Below are positions 6,757 through 14,829 of a DNA stretch of 44,075 nt, in pieces. Under the pieces are notes generated by a model. It did no database searches. It worked only from the letters and a program-made list of their open reading frames with translations, and had not been told where the DNA came from. The DNA is from an uncultured Ignavibacteriaceae bacterium (lineage in GTDB: Bacteria; Bacteroidota; Ignavibacteria; UBA10030), in NCBI GenBank assembly GCA_964362905.1, contig CAYIHQ010000002.1, positions 1 through 44,075 on the forward strand. The letters run 5' to 3'. The position numbers and the translations under genes are program-made. Position 1 is the first letter of the stretch. Every line of letters starts with the position of its first letter.

Positions 6757-6990
6757 ATGAAAATACGCTTTATAGAATATCACAACGACATCTATGTAGT
6801 CATAGGGATTACTTATGATTCTAGACATAACTATCCTGAGTGCTTTGTAGCGACTCCTCTTAAAGACTTGAACCCGTCAATCTTTAGATCTATTTTGCAA
6901 TTATATACTTTAAATATCCCATTTGTTGATGCTAAAGAGATAACTGACAAAAACAGACTTATATCATTGATGGTGTTATATGGTAGGTAG
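6757..6990 (+). CDS. Small protein with MVLYG tag
   Basis: ORF; tag contains the next ATG at 6980. Confidence 0.7.
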   Translation: MKIRFIEYHNDIYVVIGITYDSRHNYPECFVATPLKDLNPSIFRSILQLYTLNIPFVDAKEITDKNRLISLMVLYGR

Positions 6991-7222
6991 CAACTTTAGT
7001 CCAGGCGATTATGTTAAGTACAGAAATGCTATTTATATAGTGAAAACAATTATTTATATGAATCCAAATGTACTAAATGATCCATTTGTGTGTGGTTTAG
7101 TTTCTGTAGGAAACTCTAATAATCATGAACAACTATTAGTTAGAGAAGGTTTGCTGATTAAAGTAAACCCTCCAATTAATGAGAAGGCTACAAAGGCCGT
7201 AAAGGTACTATATGATAATTAA
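6980..7222 (+). CDS. Small SH3/KOW-like protein with KVLYD tag
   Basis: FSPGDYVKYRNA; TKAVKVLYD. Confidence 0.75.
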   Translation: MVGSNFSPGDYVKYRNAIYIVKTIIYMNPNVLNDPFVCGLVSVGNSNNHEQLLVREGLLIKVNPPINEKATKAVKVLYDN

Positions 7223-7502
7223 GGTCGGGGATTACTTAATAACTAAGGAAAATCAATTATTTAGGATAATCGATGTGCATACAGATAGTAAATGTACATA
7301 CTATGACATAAAAAGTATGCAGGCAGAAGAAGTTGCAAGTAGTAGCTACGAATGGGGTCAAGATTCTGTCTGGTTAAGTCGGAAAATGCCAAAAACCATC
7401 AGATCAGTACCGAGAAATGTGCTAAAACACATGGGTAAAGTAATCCCAGAAGAGAAAATTACAAGAAGTGTAAAGATTTTATATGGTAAAACATTGACTT
7501 AG
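7212..7502 (+). CDS. Small SH3/KOW-like protein with KILYG tag
   Basis: IKVGDYLITK; RSVKILYG. Confidence 0.75.
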   Translation: MIIKVGDYLITKENQLFRIIDVHTDSKCTYYDIKSMQAEEVASSSYEWGQDSVWLSRKMPKTIRSVPRNVLKHMGKVIPEEKITRSVKILYGKTLT

Positions 7503-7514
7503 TATATACATATA
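7494..7514 (+). promoter_or_regulatory. Repeated promoter or operator element, copy 3
   Basis: TTGACTTAGTATATACATATA. Confidence 0.7.
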
Positions 7515-7524
7515 ATATATTAAT

Positions 7525-7848
7525 GTGAGGAACCTGATGTCTAAACTTAAAAATAAGAAGAAACCAGACAAACTCACAGACGAGCACAGTTCTAAGTTAT
7601 TGGAAGACTTAGATAATTTTGATAACGGATTCTTTTCAGCTTTAGCTGAAACCAGTAAATATGAAATTATATCGACAACAATGGATGATGGCGAAGTACT
7701 TACCAAAGAACAGTACGCATTGGTTAAGACCGAATGCTCACGTTTAGGATTGAAAGTACTTTATCAAATTCATTTTAAAAACGGTAACTCCATATTTATG
7801 AATCCAGAGAATTTAAAGACAGGATATATTCACGAAGGAATGCACTAA
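7525..7848 (+). CDS. Hypothetical protein (likely start at ATG 7537)
   Basis: GAGGA SD before MSKLKN. Confidence 0.7.
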   Translation: MRNLMSKLKNKKKPDKLTDEHSSKLLEDLDNFDNGFFSALAETSKYEIISTTMDDGEVLTKEQYALVKTECSRLGLKVLYQIHFKNGNSIFMNPENLKTGYIHEGMH

Positions 7849-7962
7849 GTAAGTCAAATGTTTCATTCAACCTTATTAATTGTTTTATTTAACAAAAAAG
7901 GAAACTAGGAACTTTTACTATAACATTCCATGATATATCCTATCTTATTTTGAGGAGAAAAT

Positions 7963-8202
7963 ATGGTAGGAAAAATTAAGTATACTTGCAAAAATTGTGG
8001 GTGGACTACATCTATTAGAGAAGAGTGGGCCGACTTGAGGCCAAAACGTTGTATGAATAAAAAATGTAATACTAGCTTTCATCGCTCCCCAGATTCACTA
8101 ATAGTAGAGTTACCACAAAAAATTGAGAATGTTGTTCAAAAACAACCTCTCAAAAAAGTTAAGAAACAAGATGAAATAGAATCTGATAATAAAGAGAGTT
8201 AA
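7963..8202 (+). CDS. Small zinc-ribbon protein
   Basis: CKNC...CMNKKC; GAGGAG SD. Confidence 0.75.
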   Translation: MVGKIKYTCKNCGWTTSIREEWADLRPKRCMNKKCNTSFHRSPDSLIVELPQKIENVVQKQPLKKVKKQDEIESDNKES

Positions 8203-8204
8203 AT

Positions 8205-8798
8205 ATGGGCGATAAAGAAGATAAAAATTCTCCAGATAAAAGGCTTAATGCCTCTGCAGAGCATCTAAGAGCTTATAAAGAAGAAGCCGGGCTTAAATCT
8301 ACTGCTCAGTTAGAAGCGTATAGAGCTATCAAGAAATTATCTCCAGAAGGTTCCATGTGGACCTTAACTCAACAATTATTACAAGAAGTCATGGCAGGAC
8401 ATACAGTTATTAATCCTGAGAGTTTGCCGCCATTAACGCAAATGGTAGAAGAACTCAAAAACGAGATTGAGAAGAGATATGCGGACGAGCTAGAACTCAA
8501 AAAACTACTTTTAGATAGCATCCCTACAATGAGATCTGTAAGAGAGTGGGTTAAGAAAGAGGGATGGGATGAAGCTATTTGGGGATATGTTAGAGCTGAA
8601 GGACTTTTTACTGCATCTAAAAGAGCACAAATGATTGAGTCTCTACGAACTCGTGGATTAGATAGATCAGATGTTGCAGCAAAAATATGGCTCACCCTTT
8701 CTGGAGATTATTCAGAAAAGATGGAAGTTGATAATAAATCTGTAGATATGTACCGAGAGATTAATAATATTTTGCACGGCAAGAAAAAGCAAGAATAG
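8205..8798 (+). CDS. Putative terminase small subunit
   Basis: Helical 197-aa protein directly upstream of TerL; assignment mainly positional. Confidence 0.5.
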   Translation: MGDKEDKNSPDKRLNASAEHLRAYKEEAGLKSTAQLEAYRAIKKLSPEGSMWTLTQQLLQEVMAGHTVINPESLPPLTQMVEELKNEIEKRYADELELKKLLLDSIPTMRSVREWVKKEGWDEAIWGYVRAEGLFTASKRAQMIESLRTRGLDRSDVAAKIWLTLSGDYSEKMEVDNKSVDMYREINNILHGKKKQE

Positions 8799-8821
8799 GT
8801 ACTCTGAGAAGAGCGATAAGT

Positions 8822-10435
8822 ATGCCAGAGATTCAATATAATACAGAAGGTAAACCTCTTAGAATTCATGAACTGGATATAGAAGGATTAGCTGAATATT
8901 TATATAAAAATAAAATTAGAACTACTCAGGGTAAACTAATTCAACCTTTACATTCAGGACATTTGAGCGTAGTTTCCGATCCAGCTAGATTTAAAGTCTT
9001 AGCTTGCGGAAGACGCTGGGGTAAAACTTTGCTGACCTCACTTACAGCCCTCGCTGTATTAATGCAGATGAATCGTAGAGTATGGATTGTAGCCCCTGAT
9101 TACAGTTTATGTGAAAAAGTATTTAGAGAACTTTATCATATTCTTGTTGTTCAATTAAAGATTATTCGTCCTGGTAAACCTGGAGGCGGAAGAGCTAGAA
9201 ATCAAAAAGGAGACTATTATTTAGAAACTCCTTGGGGTTCTGTTCTTGAAGCCAAATCTATGGAAAATCCAGATTCGTTAGCTGGAGAAGCTAATGACCT
9301 AGTTATTATTGATGAGGCCGCACTAAACCAATCCTTAGAGGATATTTGGATGCAGATGTTGCAACCGACTCTTATGGATAAATCTGGCAGTGCTATTTTT
9401 ATTAGCACTCCTCGTGGTAAGAACGGTTTTTACAAATTATTCCTATATGGTCAAACTGGTAGAAAACAAAGAGAAGGTAAAATAGCTATTAGTTTTGATG
9501 AAGAAGCTGGCGTATCTAATGATATGCAAGATTGGAGTTCTTTTCAAAAAAGTAGTTATGATAATCCTTTATTAGCATCCAATGCTCAAACTTCTAAAGA
9601 AGAGATCGACTCTGCTTATCGACGTGCGGCGCTATCTGGTAAACTTCTTAAATTCAAACAAGAATATCTTGCAGATTTTGAAGCTGTTTCTGATAGTTGT
9701 TTTCCTGGTTTTTTGGTAGACCCAACCGATAACAGCCCATTTCCACATGTAATAGATTATATTTGGCATCCTGATGAAGGGCCAGTATACGCTGCTTGCG
9801 ATCATAACTTTGCAAAGCCCGCAAGTACTATTTTTGCTCAAGTAAATAAATATGGTGATGTAGTTATATTCGATGAGAAATTTACTCCGCATACAACAAG
9901 TTACATGCAGGGACAACAAATTCTAGACAAGCAAAAAGAGCTAACAACTCAAGCAATCAGGATTTGGAAGAATGAAGTAGCTGAACTAGGAGTTAAGCGT
10001 CATATAAAATTTGAAGCTATCGTAGCTGATATATCGGGAGACCAAGTTCAACTTAACGGTAGAACTTGTTGGGACGATTTGGAATCTATATTAGGTAGAC
10101 GACCTACAGGGCTTAAACAAGATAGAGAAACAGGAGCCAATATGATTAGACTGTGGATGAATTTTCCACAATTCGATCATAAAGGAAGTCCTTTATTTGA
10201 TGAAAATAAACAGCAAGTAAAGAGACCTAAACTATTTATTACTAGAAATTGCGTAAATACTATTTATGCTATAAGTACAGCAGTATTCAAAAAAGGTAAA
10301 AATGGAGTTCTTAAAGAGGATTATGATGAGTCACCAGAAGGTTATGAAGGTCTTATAGATGCTTTACGATATCTCATGGTTCATTTATTCCACGATAAAG
10401 GAAATCATTTCACAGTTGTTAAGGGAGTTAACTAA
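8822..10435 (+). CDS. terL: Terminase large subunit
   Basis: Walker A CGRRWGKT, Walker B LVIIDEAA, motif III ISTPRG, FKQEYLADF, RNase H-like nuclease with C-terminal DALRY. Confidence 0.96.
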   Translation: MPEIQYNTEGKPLRIHELDIEGLAEYLYKNKIRTTQGKLIQPLHSGHLSVVSDPARFKVLACGRRWGKTLLTSLTALAVLMQMNRRVWIVAPDYSLCEKVFRELYHILVVQLKIIRPGKPGGGRARNQKGDYYLETPWGSVLEAKSMENPDSLAGEANDLVIIDEAALNQSLEDIWMQMLQPTLMDKSGSAIFISTPRGKNGFYKLFLYGQTGRKQREGKIAISFDEEAGVSNDMQDWSSFQKSSYDNPLLASNAQTSKEEIDSAYRRAALSGKLLKFKQEYLADFEAVSDSCFPGFLVDPTDNSPFPHVIDYIWHPDEGPVYAACDHNFAKPASTIFAQVNKYGDVVIFDEKFTPHTTSYMQGQQILDKQKELTTQAIRIWKNEVAELGVKRHIKFEAIVADISGDQVQLNGRTCWDDLESILGRRPTGLKQDRETGANMIRLWMNFPQFDHKGSPLFDENKQQVKRPKLFITRNCVNTIYAISTAVFKKGKNGVLKEDYDESPEGYEGLIDALRYLMVHLFHDKGNHFTVVKGVN

Positions 10436-10746
10436 TGGCAGTAACAAAAATTCAAGCTAGAAGAGTCAGGCAACCCGTACTAAATGGAGATCTGGCAATT
10501 TCTGAAGCTTTAGATGCAACTACTACTGTTGATATCGTTACATTAAGCTCAGTGGCCGAAAAAGTCACTATTCAGTCAGATGGGACCTTAGCTGGTACGG
10601 TTGAATTTTCTATAAATGGTATAACTTTTTATGGATCAACTGCTTTTACTGCAGGCGTCCCACTTACTTATAGTACTCATTTAGCTAGGGTAATTAAAGT
10701 TACTCGTACTGGCGGTGCCGGAAGAGCACACATGGTAGCACGATAA
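10435..10746 (+). CDS. Small beta-sandwich virion-type protein
   Basis: VEFSINGITF...VIKVTRT pattern; TAATG coupling to TerL. Confidence 0.6.
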   Translation: MAVTKIQARRVRQPVLNGDLAISEALDATTTVDIVTLSSVAEKVTIQSDGTLAGTVEFSINGITFYGSTAFTAGVPLTYSTHLARVIKVTRTGGAGRAHMVAR

Positions 10747-10973
10747 TGGAGACTATTATCTGTAGAAAAAATAAATTATTCTGTATAGATAAAGCAAAAC
10801 TCAGCCAAAAAGCTCGCAAAGACGAAATTATTAACGCTTTGTATGCAGCTATTTATATAGAATTTTCTGGGGCTAATTACAATGATGATTATAAGAACTT
10901 AAATTCTTTAGAACGACTCGTTAAAATTAATGAGTACGCTAATAGATGGCTAAGTGAAAGAGGATTAGTATAA
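10746..10973 (+). CDS. Hypothetical protein, 75 aa
   Basis: Coupled ORF (TAATG overlaps at both ends). Confidence 0.7.
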   Translation: METIICRKNKLFCIDKAKLSQKARKDEIINALYAAIYIEFSGANYNDDYKNLNSLERLVKINEYANRWLSERGLV

Positions 10974-11245
10974 TGAAGAAACAGAATCAGAAAAATATTG
11001 GAACTTCGATGTTCGGAGATATGGTTCAGAATCACAAGATGAAAGAAGTCGGTCCTCCAGAAGGAGCTAATAGGAATTTATTGGACGGAAAAAAACCAAT
11101 GAATATTAAAGAGGCTACTGTTAACTGGTTTAAAGCGGCCAAGGAACAAAATCCAAGTTCGGGATTTTTGGAAGTACCTTCCGAAGGATTAAAACCAACT
11201 GCAGCATTCGATAGAGAAATGTTACACAAAGGTAAAAAGAAATAA
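10973..11245 (+). CDS. Basic, probably disordered protein, 90 aa
   Basis: Lys-rich, coupled ORF. Confidence 0.7.
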   Translation: MKKQNQKNIGTSMFGDMVQNHKMKEVGPPEGANRNLLDGKKPMNIKEATVNWFKAAKEQNPSSGFLEVPSEGLKPTAAFDREMLHKGKKK

Positions 11246-11254
11246 GGAGAAAGA

Positions 11255-11530
11255 ATGAAAGCTTATAAACATAAAGGTATGAAAGCTCCTCGTCCGGGAT
11301 CTTATAGTATGGATGAAAGTAAAATTGTAAAAGAAGCGCCAAAAACAAAGCCTTCTATGAAACACGCTGAGCCTTCTTTCCCTAAAGAAGAAGGTATGCA
11401 GTCAATGGCACCTTCACACAAAAAGAAAGCACTTCCTACTAAGGATGCTCCAGAAGGAGTAAAAGGTGTTAATGAAGGTTCTAAACATGAACTACCAAAA
11501 GGTGGTTGTATTGGGGAATCTGAGGTTTAG
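11255..11530 (+). CDS. Lys/Pro/Glu-rich disordered protein, 91 aa
   Basis: AAGGAG SD; low-complexity composition. Confidence 0.7.
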   Translation: MKAYKHKGMKAPRPGSYSMDESKIVKEAPKTKPSMKHAEPSFPKEEGMQSMAPSHKKKALPTKDAPEGVKGVNEGSKHELPKGGCIGESEV

Positions 11531-11549
11531 AATTTTATAAATTTTTAAT

Positions 11550-11568
11550 TGACTAGAAGAGCTAGTCA
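11550..11568 (+). promoter_or_regulatory. Hairpin with G-AAGAG-C loop upstream of portal
   Basis: TGACTAG-AAGAG-CTAGTCA. Confidence 0.55.
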
Positions 11569-11598
11569 CCTATTATCTAGAGGATAAAGGAGGTAGTT

Positions 11599-13482
11599 AT
11601 TTCTTTTAATCTAGGCATCGCCAATCATCCTATTAGTCGATTAGGTGGATTAAGTTCTGTTGGCGTGTATCTTTACGAAGATATTTATTATCGACAATGG
11701 ATAACAGAAATTGCACTAGCTTTTTATGAAGGTCGTCAAGACGAATTTGTGTGGCTTGATTTAGTTAGACAATTTCGTAATCCAGAAAAACAGCAGATCC
11801 TTCCTATGAATCTTACAAAAGAAATCATAGATGAAGTTTCTATTTTATATCAAGAAGCACCAATTTATCAAGTAGTTGATGAATCAGGTAAACTTCTTAA
11901 AAATGATCAAGAACTTTGGAAACAAATTCAAAACGACTCTCGTTATCTTATGATAATGGATAAACTAGACAGATGGACTAGATTACTAGGAACTGTATTA
12001 GTTAAAGTGAGTTTTGTAGATCCTGAAAGTGGACAATTAGTAAAAGAAAATGCAGGCGGTAAAGTACAGCTAGATGTCATGCATGGTGGTGTTTATGATA
12101 TACGTCATGGTGCTTCACCTTATTACATTACAGAACTTTTAATTGGTTTTGGTACAAAATTTGGTGGATGGCAACATGAGAGTGGTATGATGGCTGGTGG
12201 TGGCGTAGCAGCCACAATTCCTAGTCCTTCTAGCTATGGAGTTGCTGATGCCAGAGCAAAAGCTGGATTCCATTACAATGAAGTAGGAAGTATTAACGAC
12301 ATTGGTAAGGTCAACAGAATTTACTGGAGCCCGAATACTCATGTTATAACTGACGATAAAAATAATGGTTATAAAGTAGATAATCCTTACGGAATTATAC
12401 CTGCAGTGCCATTTTTCAATAGCGATCCTGCCCATTACTATTTTCTGCCCATAAACGAACCTCTTATTTATGCTAATCATGCATTAAATATGAGAATTAC
12501 AGATCTAAATCATATTGCTAAATTCCAATCTTTTGGAGTTCCTGTTGTTAAGGGAGTTGAACGACCGACTTCAATACGACAAGGAAGACCAGTTGATGAT
12601 TATAATCAACTTAAGGGTGGAGCAGCTCAATCACGATTTGGAGGATTGGGTGGAGTAAGCGGTATAGGGGCTTCAGGTCAGTATAGAACATTTGATTCAG
12701 GATTTGGCATTTTCAAAGATGGGAATGCTGATGCTAATATGTTAGGTATGAGTCTAGGACCTGATACAGCAGTTGCTGTAGGTGAAAAAGGAGATTTTAA
12801 ATTTGCACACCCATCAGCAGACATTACTGGTTTAGTCAGAACAATTCACTCCATTACAGATATGGTAAGAATTACTCACGGACTAAGAGCTAAGTATGAA
12901 CAGCAATTACCAAGTTCTGGTTTTGCTACAATGATGGAAAAGATGGGCGTTATTGAAGATAATGTTCGCCGATCAAGAATTTTCAAAGAGAGAGAACAAC
13001 AACTTTTTGGTATAATCAAAAAGCTTTGGAATACTCACCACAATAAAGGTGGCGATAAAAAGTTCTCAGAAGATGCACGATTAGAAATAACATACAAAAC
13101 TCCAGATTTTTCAGTAGATCCAAAAACGAAAAAAGAAGATCTTTTAATGGAATCAAAACTTTTGGACACAGAAGATTCTCATATTATCGGGAAACTTTAT
13201 CCACATATGAGTGAGATTGAAATTAAAAATCTAATTAAAAAACGTAGGAAGGATAGACAAGAAAAGGCAGAATTTGATACTGAATTGCAAGTGCAGACTG
13301 GCTTAACCATGCAGGAAAATGGACTTGGACCTGAAGGCGTACCGCCAGAACAAGATGGACTAGATGATGTTCCAGCACCTAAAATTGATAATAGGGCTAA
13401 ACATTCTGAAGAAAGTTCTAAGCAACCAGGAAAAAATTCTGATCCTAGGAAGAAGAAAAAGCCTTCAACTGAGGAGAAGTAA
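11599..13482 (+). CDS. Portal protein (probable ATT start at 11599; ORF track starts at GTG 11665)
   Basis: Position after TerL; FYEGRQ, NLTKEIID, NPYGIIPAVPF motifs of SPP1 gp6-like portals; acidic C-terminal tail; AAGGAGGT SD before in-frame ATT. Confidence 0.88.
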   Translation: MSFNLGIANHPISRLGGLSSVGVYLYEDIYYRQWITEIALAFYEGRQDEFVWLDLVRQFRNPEKQQILPMNLTKEIIDEVSILYQEAPIYQVVDESGKLLKNDQELWKQIQNDSRYLMIMDKLDRWTRLLGTVLVKVSFVDPESGQLVKENAGGKVQLDVMHGGVYDIRHGASPYYITELLIGFGTKFGGWQHESGMMAGGGVAATIPSPSSYGVADARAKAGFHYNEVGSINDIGKVNRIYWSPNTHVITDDKNNGYKVDNPYGIIPAVPFFNSDPAHYYFLPINEPLIYANHALNMRITDLNHIAKFQSFGVPVVKGVERPTSIRQGRPVDDYNQLKGGAAQSRFGGLGGVSGIGASGQYRTFDSGFGIFKDGNADANMLGMSLGPDTAVAVGEKGDFKFAHPSADITGLVRTIHSITDMVRITHGLRAKYEQQLPSSGFATMMEKMGVIEDNVRRSRIFKEREQQLFGIIKKLWNTHHNKGGDKKFSEDARLEITYKTPDFSVDPKTKKEDLLMESKLLDTEDSHIIGKLYPHMSEIEIKNLIKKRRKDRQEKAEFDTELQVQTGLTMQENGLGPEGVPPEQDGLDDVPAPKIDNRAKHSEESSKQPGKNSDPRKKKKPSTEEK

Positions 13483-13844
13483 TGCATCAAAAAGAGGAGA
13501 AAAAACAGATATATGAAGTATGGATTGTCAAATATACTGATGAACCTATTTCTATTCTAACCACAGATAAGTATGATGAGTCATATGAACGGTGGAAAAT
13601 TTTAACAGATATTTGGGTTGCGGCACTAAAAGATAAGACTCCGTTTATTATAACAAGTCCTATCGTTACTGCTTTTGATCCAGGTACTGTTAAAGAAATT
13701 ACAGTAAGACCAACTATAAAAATAGCTGAGTCTAAATATGAAAATCCTTATCAGCAGAAAATGATGAAAGAGGGTTTAAGTAAAGCATTAAAAACCACGA
13801 GTAATATTATAAATCCAGATTTGCTGGACGAAGGTTACTCATAA
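13482..13844 (+). CDS. Hypothetical protein, 120 aa
   Basis: GAGGAG SD, coupled to portal. Confidence 0.75.
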   Translation: MHQKEEKKQIYEVWIVKYTDEPISILTTDKYDESYERWKILTDIWVAALKDKTPFIITSPIVTAFDPGTVKEITVRPTIKIAESKYENPYQQKMMKEGLSKALKTTSNIINPDLLDEGYS

Positions 13845-13874
13845 TCTATCTAGAAGAGCTAGTTAGGAGAAAAA

Positions 13875-14813
13875 ATGTCAGATTTGTTAAACACATTAGG
13901 GAAAAAATCAAATTCAGTAGAAGGGGCTGGTAAAGCATCGGAACCACAACCAGTCTCAGCAAGCGCCAATACCGCAATCCAAGAACATGGACGAGGTGAC
14001 GATTTACTTGCTAAGATCGGTGGTAAAGAGCCTCAAGTCGCCGAAAAACTTGGGGCTTCTAGTGCTGAATCGGGTCATTCCCAAAAATCAGCTTCTGGTA
14101 CGGAAGAGCCTACTGGAGGACAAAACACAGACTGGACAACAGATAGTGCTTTAAAAGAAGTTAAAAAACTTCGTGAAGAAAATAAAGCTTATCGTCTAAA
14201 ATATCAACAAGAGGTAGAAAAACTTAGTTTAGAGTCAGACGCTCGCCTTGAACAACAAAAACGAGAGGTAGAGGCTCTCAGATTGGCGAAGCAAGAACTG
14301 GATAGAATTAAAGCCGAACAAGAAGATAAAAAACGAGATCTTTCAGAAAAATTAGCACATAGAGAAACACGACTTGCAGAAATGCAATCAACTATAGAGG
14401 CTAAAGAACAAGAATGGTCACGGAAACTTTCTGAGCAAGAAAGTGTTGTTCGTCAATATAGAGCAGAGCGAGAAGCTGAAGCTCAAGTTTATCGATCAAA
14501 AGTTGATGAAGAACTTTCAAAAATTCCTGTTAAATTTCAGGACTATGCTAAATTATTAGTTAAGGGTGCTGGAGATTCCAGAGAGGCTCTAGTTGCATTA
14601 TCAGAGGCAAAACTTAAAGGTATGTTTGACGATAAAACTGTTATCGTTAATCACAGCGTACCTAATGCGCATGATGGGGCACGAGCAAGCAAGGAACGAC
14701 TTGAAGAAGCTGAACGCCAACGTAGGGTGGGTATGAACTCTTCCCAAAAAATTGGCGAAGCTCTTAAGCAGATTAAATCAGGCACTCCTAATAATGTTTT
14801 CAGAACAAAATAA
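13875..14813 (+). CDS. Capsid scaffolding protein
   Basis: Disordered N-terminus, VKKLREENKAYR motif, long coiled coil, directly upstream of MCP. Confidence 0.85.
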   Translation: MSDLLNTLGKKSNSVEGAGKASEPQPVSASANTAIQEHGRGDDLLAKIGGKEPQVAEKLGASSAESGHSQKSASGTEEPTGGQNTDWTTDSALKEVKKLREENKAYRLKYQQEVEKLSLESDARLEQQKREVEALRLAKQELDRIKAEQEDKKRDLSEKLAHRETRLAEMQSTIEAKEQEWSRKLSEQESVVRQYRAEREAEAQVYRSKVDEELSKIPVKFQDYAKLLVKGAGDSREALVALSEAKLKGMFDDKTVIVNHSVPNAHDGARASKERLEEAERQRRVGMNSSQKIGEALKQIKSGTPNNVFRTK

Positions 14814-14829
14814 AAGGAGAAATTTTTAA

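Noticed and set aside
4181-7502. True integron with attC cassettes
   Set aside because: Genes overlap with no intergenic attC-like palindromes, and no integrase is present in the window
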